From: a virus
Lineage: Duplodnaviria > Caudoviricetes
Strand: one strand, 5' to 3'
DNA: 50,148 bases
Virus record (IMG/VR): IMGVR_UViG_3300045954_000022
Span: 1-50,148 of that record
How positions within the stretch are numbered: position 1 is the stretch's first letter; each line of letters opens with the position of its first letter. The notes beneath the pieces were generated by a model. That model was not told the origin of the DNA. It searched no databases and worked only from the letters and a program-made list of their open reading frames with translations. Below are positions 17,024-24,485 of the stretch, piece after piece. The position numbers were made by a program, and so were the translations under genes.

Positions 17024-17043
17024 CAGGGTATCATACCCCGCTT
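17024..17043. repeat. 20-bp direct repeat of 16401-16420 (CAGGGTATCATACCCCGCTT)
   Basis: Exact match; the pair brackets the two-gene leftward cassette. Confidence 0.95.
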
Positions 17044-17077
17044 GTGGGTAGGTGGGTAGACTGGGGGGACTGCGGAG

Positions 17078-18655
17078 TTGAGTGTGACGTTCACGCAAAC
17101 TGCGACATCGGCCGACGTCAACAACCCTTTTCGGCGTGATGCTGCGGTCATGGGGATGACCCAGGCGTGGGGCGTCATGGACCTTGTGACCCACGGGTCT
17201 GAGTTCATGCGCCAGTTCTGTCGGGGCTCCGGGGCGTGGGGTGCCCTCGGGGCCATCGCGGCCTCTTCGGTGGGCCTGGATCCCCTCATGGGGCCGGATT
17301 TTGAGGATATGTATCAGCGCAATGTGCTCCCTAAGGAGTTTAAGGAGCCTGATGATGCCTGGCATGCGCGAATTGATAGGGCCATCATCTCCCCGTTCAC
17401 TGCACGGCTGGTAGACAACGCTGCGGCGCTTATTCTCAGGCGCTCTATCTCGCTGGAAGGAGATCCCTACTGGGAGGATTTTGCGCTCAATGTAGATGGG
17501 TGGGGCAGCAGTCTTAATGAGTACGCAAGGCGCGTGGTGCGTCAGGCACTCATCTACGGGCATTCCGGCATTCTGGTTGACTCTCCACCCGCTGGAGGTG
17601 TACGTAATCGTCTGGATGAGCGTCTTGTTACTGATAGGCGGCCCTATTTCATCACGTACAGCGCCAAGAGGATCCGAGGTTGGCGGCAAGCTAACGCCTA
17701 CCCGACGTCTCCGCTTGTTCAGCTTCGGCTAAGTGAGTCTGTAACGCTGCCTGATGGGGATTTCGGTGAGTCCGTGTATGAGCAGGTGAGGGTACTTACC
17801 CCAAAAGCGTACGCTCTGTACCGGAGAAAAGCTTCGCGTGGGACGTCAGGGGAACTGGTCACCACAGGGATCAACGAGCTGGGTGAAATTCCGTTTGTGC
17901 CTATCTACAGCAACAGGACGGGGCTTCTACGCAGTCAGCCTCCGATGGTGGATATTGCGGAGATCAATATCGCGCACTTCCAGCGTCAGGCAGACCTTCT
18001 GCATTCGCTGCATATCGCCGCTATGCAGAAACTCGTTCTGGAAGGGTGGGAAGACACGGATGACGGGGTGGGGCAAGGTGTCAACTATGCCCTCATCATG
18101 GAGCCTGGGCATGAGGCCTATTACGTGAAGACTGACTCCACCTCGTTCTCGGCGCAGCAAGAGCAGATCCGCATGCTTGAGGCCCAGATGTCCTCGCTGG
18201 GTGTAACGCGGCTGCTGGGCCAGAAGATGGTTGCAGAGGCTGCGGAGGCTAAGCGGGTGGAGCAGGCACAGTCCAACTCTGTGTTGGCCAGTATATCACT
18301 GGAATTGGAGCATGGGCTGAACAGAGCCTTTGAGCTGGCGGCTAAATTCGCTGGTAGAGAGCCTCCGCGTGTCACAATTGACCGCGATTTCGACTTCTAC
18401 AGGCTTATCGGTCAAGATATCAGCGTACTGGCCGATGCAACCAGTCAGGGACTTATTTCACCCGATATGTGGTTGGATCTACTCCGCAAGGGCGAAGTAT
18501 TACCGGATACGGCCGATTTCGACTCGGAACTGGATTTCATCAAGGAGGAAATGGAGCGGAAAGCTGCCCAGGCCGCCCAGATGTCCGCCATGCGGCCTCA
18601 GCGGAATGCTCCCCCTCGGCAACCCGCTGTCATCGGAAGAAACGGGCGGGAGTGA
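17078..18655 (+). CDS. Portal protein (DUF4055 type)
   Basis: Position after terL; LPKEFKE...ARI, NVDG-x-G-x-SL, YGH-x-GILVD, RPYF, LGEIPFV and PP-x-x-DIA-x-x-N-x-x-H motifs. Confidence 0.9.
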   Translation: MSVTFTQTATSADVNNPFRRDAAVMGMTQAWGVMDLVTHGSEFMRQFCRGSGAWGALGAIAASSVGLDPLMGPDFEDMYQRNVLPKEFKEPDDAWHARIDRAIISPFTARLVDNAAALILRRSISLEGDPYWEDFALNVDGWGSSLNEYARRVVRQALIYGHSGILVDSPPAGGVRNRLDERLVTDRRPYFITYSAKRIRGWRQANAYPTSPLVQLRLSESVTLPDGDFGESVYEQVRVLTPKAYALYRRKASRGTSGELVTTGINELGEIPFVPIYSNRTGLLRSQPPMVDIAEINIAHFQRQADLLHSLHIAAMQKLVLEGWEDTDDGVGQGVNYALIMEPGHEAYYVKTDSTSFSAQQEQIRMLEAQMSSLGVTRLLGQKMVAEAAEAKRVEQAQSNSVLASISLELEHGLNRAFELAAKFAGREPPRVTIDRDFDFYRLIGQDISVLADATSQGLISPDMWLDLLRKGEVLPDTADFDSELDFIKEEMERKAAQAAQMSAMRPQRNAPPRQPAVIGRNGRE

Positions 18656-18693
18656 TAGACTCGGGCGATCACCTGTGGTGAACGTTCCACCCC

Positions 18694-19368
18694 ATGTCTG
18701 AACAACTGCTTGAGCCTCCTGTTGTGCAGGAGCCCACTCCGCCGGCCTCCAACCCTGAGCTGGAGCGTCTCAGGGCCCACAACTTCGAGTTGGTGGGTGA
18801 GAAGCGTCGAGTACAGGAGCAGTTGACGTCGTTGCAGCAAGAGCTGCAGCAACTACGTGACGAACGGGCGAATGCACAAACCAGTCAGCTTGCTGACAAC
18901 GGGGAGTGGAAAACCCTCTGGGAACAGGCGCAGGAGACCAACGCCACTCTGCAGGAACGTATCAGGACGCTTGAGGCGGATCTTGCTACGGCTCTGCAGG
19001 AGAAAGAGGTTGAGTCTCTGCAGGGACAGGTATTGCAGGCCTTTGCCCGTGATATCGTTGACCCCAGACAACTGTTTCGCCTGGAGAAGGATAACTTCAA
19101 GCTCAAGGACGGTAAACCAGTGGTGCTTAACGGGGGCGTCGAGCAGACACTGGAAGAGTACCTAGAGTTCGTGAAGTCACCCGGATCCGGCTATGAGCAT
19201 CATTGCCTTCCCAGAGGTGTTGCTGGTATGGGTGCAGGTGGAGCGTCTGCTCCCGTTGTGGCCGGCAGCTCCAACCCGTATGTCACGCGCAACCTGACTC
19301 AGATCGTGCAGCTGGAACTCGACAATCCTACGTTGGCTGATCGTCTCAAGCGAGAAGCCGGCGGCTGA
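18694..19368 (+). CDS. Capsid scaffolding protein
   Basis: Coiled coil, GEWK-x-LWE, G-x-GA...NPY C-terminus; lies before the capsid gene. Confidence 0.85.
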   Translation: MSEQLLEPPVVQEPTPPASNPELERLRAHNFELVGEKRRVQEQLTSLQQELQQLRDERANAQTSQLADNGEWKTLWEQAQETNATLQERIRTLEADLATALQEKEVESLQGQVLQAFARDIVDPRQLFRLEKDNFKLKDGKPVVLNGGVEQTLEEYLEFVKSPGSGYEHHCLPRGVAGMGAGGASAPVVAGSSNPYVTRNLTQIVQLELDNPTLADRLKREAGG

Positions 19369-19403
19369 TGCTCCTGTGGGGCCGTTCACCTTGCGAATGA
19401 GCT

Positions 19404-20570
19404 ATGTCCACGTACATGGGGAACCTGCACCCCAACTCAACCTTTCTCAGTGATGTAGCGTCCGCCACGCGGATTCTTACATCTGCCCCTTTCAGTCGCT
19501 ACCTCGCGGAGCAGATCTACGAGCGGAGCCTCATGCTTCGTGCCGGGGTCATCGCGAGGGAGGCCCGGATGGACAACACCACCGGGGTGACGATCGAGGC
19601 GCCGTTCTTCGATCCGATCAACGCGATCGAGGAGACCGTTCGCTCTGACGCCACCTGGGGCATCAGTGGCAAGGGTCACTTCACCAGCCAGAAGGTGACC
19701 GCGTCCACGCAGTACGCGACCATCACCCACCGGGGCTTCATGTTCTCTTGCGACACCCTGTCGCAACTGGGCATCGGCGAAGACCCCCTGGCCCACTTCT
19801 CCGCGCAGCTCGCCGACGACCTGAACCGGAAGCGGTCCATCAAGGCCTACTCGATGCTCGACGGCATCTTCGGTGGTGCGTTGGCGGCCCACAGCCTCAG
19901 CATCGCTGGCGCTGGCCCCCTGACCGAGGCCAACTACCTGAACGCGGCCAGTGTCACCGCTGCCAAGTATCTGCTCGGGGAGCGGGCTCAGGACGTCACC
20001 ACCATCGTGGTGCCCAGTCCTGTGGCGGCCTACCTGGAGAAGGTCGGCATGACCACTGCCTTCCCGGCCAGCCCCTCGGGCTTCACCTGGGGTACGGGCG
20101 GTATCGGTGTCACCGACACGGTGATCCGCAACTTCGCGGGTCTGAGTGTCGTCATCGATGACAACCTGCTTCAGTTCGTCACCGGGGCTGCTGGTGCGCC
20201 GATGGCCTACCCCTGCTACCTCTTCGGCCCTGGTGCCCTGAAGGAAGGCTGGCAGATGCCCACCACGCTGCGGGCTGCCTTCAACATCCCCTCCGATCAG
20301 TTCCTCACCTCGGTGCGGTATTCCCACGTCTACCACCTCCCTGGTGTGACCTGGAAGGGTGCGGCCCACAACCCCGAAAACACCGGCCTCAAGACCCCAG
20401 GCAACTGGGAGCTGGCCTTCTCGGATCCGCGCCTGATCCCTCTGACCCGCCTGATCGTGAACACCCCCTTTGGTGGTGTTCAGCCTCTGGCGGCAGGAGC
20501 CGATGGCGAGGGCGCATCTATCGCTCCGGCCTCCAAGCCGGCGCCTCGGGGCGGTTCCACCAGTCCCTGA
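19404..20570 (+). CDS. Major capsid protein
   Basis: Position after scaffold, size, strong codon bias, GEDPL, LGER and VVIDD motifs, downstream terminator. Confidence 0.88.
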   Translation: MSTYMGNLHPNSTFLSDVASATRILTSAPFSRYLAEQIYERSLMLRAGVIAREARMDNTTGVTIEAPFFDPINAIEETVRSDATWGISGKGHFTSQKVTASTQYATITHRGFMFSCDTLSQLGIGEDPLAHFSAQLADDLNRKRSIKAYSMLDGIFGGALAAHSLSIAGAGPLTEANYLNAASVTAAKYLLGERAQDVTTIVVPSPVAAYLEKVGMTTAFPASPSGFTWGTGGIGVTDTVIRNFAGLSVVIDDNLLQFVTGAAGAPMAYPCYLFGPGALKEGWQMPTTLRAAFNIPSDQFLTSVRYSHVYHLPGVTWKGAAHNPENTGLKTPGNWELAFSDPRLIPLTRLIVNTPFGGVQPLAAGADGEGASIAPASKPAPRGGSTSP

Positions 20571-20591
20571 CCTTCAGGCACACGTTCCACG

Positions 20592-20615
20592 GCCCCGCTT
20601 CGACGGGGCTTTTTC
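20592..20615 (+). terminator. Intrinsic terminator
   Basis: GCCCCG-CTTCGA-CGGGGC-TTTTT. Confidence 0.85.
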
Positions 20616-20649
20616 ATGCCCGTAGACTGCAGCGAAAGGGCGGTGGCTC

Positions 20650-21225
20650 GTGAACTCGCTGATGTCGATGACCCTCGATGCCACGATCGGGGGCAGCCAG
20701 GCCAACAGCTACCTCAGCCTGGAGCAGGCCGATGCCTGGTTCGCGGTGTCGCTGTTCCCGGAGCGGTGGAGCGTCCTGCCCACGACCACCCGCGAGGGAG
20801 CTCTACGGCAGGCGGCGGCCTGGCTGGACACCCTGACGTTCCACGGCACTCGGGCCACGCCCAGCAGCGATGATCCGGCGCTGGAGCAGGCCATGCAGTG
20901 GCCCAGGGAGAACGTCACCTGCCGGGGCATCACCGCCAACCGCACCTTCATCCCGGCCGAGATCCTCACCGCCCAGGCGATGCTGGCCTTGCAGGTAGGT
21001 GAGCAGCCTGATCTGCTCTTCACCGGCAGCCAGATCGACAACGTGAGCTTCGTCACCAAGGAGCGGGTGGATGTGCTGGAGCAGCAGTTCGGGGCCAAGC
21101 CCGATCGGCTGCAGCTGCGGGAGGCCAGCAAGCCCTGGGTGATCCGGGCCTTCCCGTGGCTGGAGGATCTGCTGGGGTGTTGGTACTCCGGCAAGTCCTC
21201 TACTGTGCGGCTGTACCGGAACTGA
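20650..21225 (+). CDS. Head-tail adaptor (DnaT-like phage family)
   Basis: ANSYLSL-x-x-AD-x-WF, QA-x-x-WPR and IP-x-EI-x-x-AQ-x-x-LA motifs. Confidence 0.8.
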   Translation: MNSLMSMTLDATIGGSQANSYLSLEQADAWFAVSLFPERWSVLPTTTREGALRQAAAWLDTLTFHGTRATPSSDDPALEQAMQWPRENVTCRGITANRTFIPAEILTAQAMLALQVGEQPDLLFTGSQIDNVSFVTKERVDVLEQQFGAKPDRLQLREASKPWVIRAFPWLEDLLGCWYSGKSSTVRLYRN

Positions 21226-21234
21226 GGCGGATCG

Positions 21235-21447
21235 ATGACTATCTATCGTGCAGACAGTAGAGACGCTCGCTACATCGATGTATATGACGGGGAGGAACGT
21301 CTTACCCAACTGCTATACGTAGACACAGAGAAGCGGATCATCAGACGACACATGGACGGGCTTCCATGCGATGACGATGGGTACCTGATCATCGAGGAAC
21401 GGCATGTTCCTGATATGCGGATTGTGGACAGGAGGGTGAAATCATGA
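21235..21447 (+). CDS. Small hypothetical protein
   Basis: ORF coupled to the next gene. Confidence 0.6.
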   Translation: MTIYRADSRDARYIDVYDGEERLTQLLYVDTEKRIIRRHMDGLPCDDDGYLIIEERHVPDMRIVDRRVKS

Positions 21448-21830
21448 GCCTTATTGATACTACATTCGGCCCTCTGGCCCCTCGGCTACTGAAGAAGTGG
21501 GGACAGCCGATCGACGTCGTATTTCGGCGTGACGGTGCCTACGACCCAGCCACCGGCTCGATCGAACACACCGAGGAGCGGGTCACCACCACGGCGGTGG
21601 TCACCAAGGTCACCATCGACGAGCAGCAGGGCCTGGGGCAAGCTGCGGATGTGAAGATTTACATCAATCCCCAAGACCTGCCGGCCGGCACTGTGATCGC
21701 CCAGAGCGATGAGGTGATCATTCCGCCGCTGGTGGGCAGTTTCACCGGGCAGCAGGCAAAGGTTGTGGACGCTCGGGTGGTACGTGGCCAGGGTGCTCTG
21801 CTGTGGGTCGTCATGGCGAGGTATCAGTGA
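21444..21830 (+). CDS. Head-closure/neck protein
   Basis: KKWGQ...G-x-YDP-x-TG motif; synteny. Confidence 0.7.
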   Translation: MSLIDTTFGPLAPRLLKKWGQPIDVVFRRDGAYDPATGSIEHTEERVTTTAVVTKVTIDEQQGLGQAADVKIYINPQDLPAGTVIAQSDEVIIPPLVGSFTGQQAKVVDARVVRGQGALLWVVMARYQ

Positions 21831-22432
21831 TGGCACAGCGCAAGGGGTTTGCGGATCTGTTTGGCGAGGAGCTGTTCGGCGCAGTAGTCGAGTACACGCG
21901 GCTGCAGACTCTGGAGATGATGAATTACCTCAGTGAGGTAGGCCCTGCATGGTCTGGGGAGTTTCGTGATTCGTGGCGAGCCAAACCGGTTGCTGACGTA
22001 CCTATGGCGGCAGGTAGGCAGAATCCGAGCTATCCGTACGAGCTGCGGGACATTCCACGCCCTGGGTACGACGCGAAGACGTACAAACGGCAGACCAAGT
22101 TGTTCTCTATTGTCAACGAGTCGACTCACGCGCCGTATGCCTTAGACGCTCGGGAGGGTACTTTCTACCCGCCGGACGATCAGCCAGAGCCCATAGAGGA
22201 TATCGTTGTGGAAGGTAAACGGGCTCGTAAAGGGTTTCGTGCAGCTATCACTCCGAACGATGAGCTGCTTCTAGAAGAAAGGCCTGGTAAGGCTACTGCC
22301 ACGGCCGAGGACGGATGGTTCCAGGATGCTGCGGCCGATCTCCCTGCGCTCATGAAGGACCGTAAGGCCGAGCTGATGAGCAAAGCACGGCGTACGGCCA
22401 AAGAGAAAGTACGCCGTCGGAGGGCTAGGTGA
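21830..22432 (+). CDS. Tail completion/neck protein (HK97 gp10-like)
   Basis: P-x-WSG-x-F-x-x-SW and N-x-x-x-x-APYA motifs; synteny. Confidence 0.6.
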   Translation: MAQRKGFADLFGEELFGAVVEYTRLQTLEMMNYLSEVGPAWSGEFRDSWRAKPVADVPMAAGRQNPSYPYELRDIPRPGYDAKTYKRQTKLFSIVNESTHAPYALDAREGTFYPPDDQPEPIEDIVVEGKRARKGFRAAITPNDELLLEERPGKATATAEDGWFQDAAADLPALMKDRKAELMSKARRTAKEKVRRRRAR

Positions 22433-22953
22433 TGCCTTACGCCACGCTTCAGCAGGTACGACGGGGGTACGAGGAGCCTGTAGAGGCGGCCTTGGAGCCC
22501 TTCAACGTGCCGGTGTACACGGCCAATCGGTATACCGATGATGTTGCCAACCTGGATGAGTTCTGCTACATCGATCTGACGTTCCGCGACGTCATCGAGT
22601 TGACCCTGGTCAACCAGATGGAATATCTGCGTGGAGCGTTGACGATCGACCTGTTCACGCGGAAGGGCGAGGGGCCGGGGCGCTCCCAGACGATCCTGGA
22701 GGCCGTGATGCGGGCGCTCAACGGCCTGGAGCAGGGCAGCCAGATGCGGGTCACCTCGATGCAGGGGCCGCTCTGGGTGGCGCCCTCCAACAAGCCCCAC
22801 ATCCGGGGCCGGCTGATCTGCCGCATCTACGCCAGGCCCATCTCGGACGACGTTCCACCGCCGTCCCAGGAGCTGTTCCCCCTGGTGACCGAGGTTGGGG
22901 ACGGCATCGTCATCGAGACCGGCGCTCCCCTGTACGTCCGACCTGGGGTGTGA
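22429..22953 (+). CDS. Tail terminator
   Basis: RG-x-L-x-I-x-LFTRKG-x-G motif; precedes the major tail gene. Confidence 0.7.
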   Translation: MMPYATLQQVRRGYEEPVEAALEPFNVPVYTANRYTDDVANLDEFCYIDLTFRDVIELTLVNQMEYLRGALTIDLFTRKGEGPGRSQTILEAVMRALNGLEQGSQMRVTSMQGPLWVAPSNKPHIRGRLICRIYARPISDDVPPPSQELFPLVTEVGDGIVIETGAPLYVRPGV

Positions 22954-23045
22954 TCTAGACTTTCCCCAGGATCTGTGATTCTGCTGACTGCCTGTGGCAG
23001 TGACGCCCCAGCCGACGCCCCCGATGTCGTTCCTGAGGCACTTTC

Positions 23046-23828
23046 ATGCCAGTTTCATGCAGCACCTCCGTCCTTACCGGCCAGGATGGTGCGCTCTACT
23101 TCAAGCCGCCTGGTACTGAGTTCTGTCTGCTTGCTGCAGACTTCGGTGGAACTACCACTACGACTCACATTAAAGTACCGGCTCAAAACGACTATGCGGT
23201 CAATGATGCCATCGAGTTCACCGAGGAAGGTGGAGCTACTCTCGATACCGCACTGACTTCGGGCACGGTCTACTACGTGCGTACGCGCACACCGGAGTAC
23301 ATCGAGGTTGCGGCCACGGCTGGCGGCACTGCCATCGCTCTTGCTGGTGATGGTATTGATGCCGGCGGACACATCAACGTGTCTTTCGCCGAGTTCATGT
23401 CCGTCTGCCAGGTGCGGAACTTCAGCCTGGAGATCTCCCGCGAAGAGCTGGACATCACTACCCTCCCCTGCAAGGGCTCAGGCACCAGCAGCGGTGGTAA
23501 GTACGTGCAGTTCAAGAGCTACCAGGGTGGCTTCGGCGATGGTTCCGGCTCCATGGCGGTCCTCTTTACCGCTGACCAGGCCACCGTGGCCAACCGCATG
23601 CTGCGCTCGGTGCTGCTGCGGAACCAGGCCGGCGCTGCCGTCCAGCTGTTCTTCAACCACATCGTCGATGCGACCGGCGAAGCGGACCTGGATGCCTCCT
23701 CCGTGTTCGAAGGTCCGATCTCGCTGACCTCGATGTCTGTGAGCGTCGATCCCGACAACCCCCAGGAAGCCTCCATCAGCTACCGGCTCTCTGGACAACC
23801 CACGCGGATGTTCGGCATCAACCTCTGA
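23046..23828 (+). CDS. Major tail tube protein
   Basis: LTGQDG, VRNFSLEISREELDITT and GF-x-DGSGS motifs; downstream terminator. Confidence 0.85.
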   Translation: MPVSCSTSVLTGQDGALYFKPPGTEFCLLAADFGGTTTTTHIKVPAQNDYAVNDAIEFTEEGGATLDTALTSGTVYYVRTRTPEYIEVAATAGGTAIALAGDGIDAGGHINVSFAEFMSVCQVRNFSLEISREELDITTLPCKGSGTSSGGKYVQFKSYQGGFGDGSGSMAVLFTADQATVANRMLRSVLLRNQAGAAVQLFFNHIVDATGEADLDASSVFEGPISLTSMSVSVDPDNPQEASISYRLSGQPTRMFGINL

Positions 23829-23844
23829 GCCCCGCGTTGCGATC

Positions 23845-23872
23845 AAGGCCCTGGCTTGTGCCGGGGCTTTTT
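23845..23872 (+). terminator. Intrinsic terminator
   Basis: GGCCCTGGC-TTGT-GCCGGGGCT-TTTT. Confidence 0.8.
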
Positions 23873-23911
23873 CGCGGGTACGCTATGCTGCTGTGATTCC
23901 GCACTTTTCTG

Positions 23912-24289
23912 ATGGCAGGCCGCACTCCCGCTCTTCAATTCCTCAAGAACGCTGCAGGGCTGCGCCTGGTGCGTAAGTCTGTGGTGCTGAACAATGGAGC
24001 GGAGTTTGAGTTCTGGCATAAGCCGCTGGTGCTTGCAGAGCGTCAGCAAGCGAATAAACTTGCAGGAGATGATTCGTTTCTCTTTGCACTGAATATCCTT
24101 GTCAGTAAGGCCTGCTACGAGGACGGCACCAAGATGTTCTCACCAGGGCAGCAGGCAGAACTGAAGCACGAAGTACGTGACTCTGACCTGCAGAAACTGA
24201 TGTCTGCCGTGCTGGCGGACGAAGAGAGCGATGACAACGAAGAGGGTAAGAAGCCCGATCTCAAAAGCACTGAAGCAGGCGCTCAATGA
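23912..24289 (+). CDS. Tail assembly chaperone (gpG-like)
   Basis: Lies between the major tail and tape measure genes. Confidence 0.8.
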   Translation: MAGRTPALQFLKNAAGLRLVRKSVVLNNGAEFEFWHKPLVLAERQQANKLAGDDSFLFALNILVSKACYEDGTKMFSPGQQAELKHEVRDSDLQKLMSAVLADEESDDNEEGKKPDLKSTEAGAQ

Positions 24290-24458
24290 TAGTCATGAGA
24301 TGTTCTTCATCTACCGGGTGGCGCGTGAGCTGGGAATGACGGTCAGCCGGCTCTGCGCTGAGATGACCCCGGCGGAGCTGTCCGGTTGGGCCGCCTTTTT
24401 CGCGATCGAGGCGGACGACCACCGGGCGAGCATGGAGAAGATGCGCCGGGGAAGGTAA
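24264..24458 (+). CDS. Tail assembly chaperone extension (gpT-like), +1 frame
   Basis: VARELGMTV...MT-x-x-EL-x-GW-x-AFF motif; overlaps the end of the gpG-like gene. Confidence 0.75.
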   Translation, partial: KALKQALNDSHEMFFIYRVARELGMTVSRLCAEMTPAELSGWAAFFAIEADDHRASMEKMRRGR

Positions 24459-24485
24459 ACTCGGGGCACTGTCTGGGCGTGGAGT

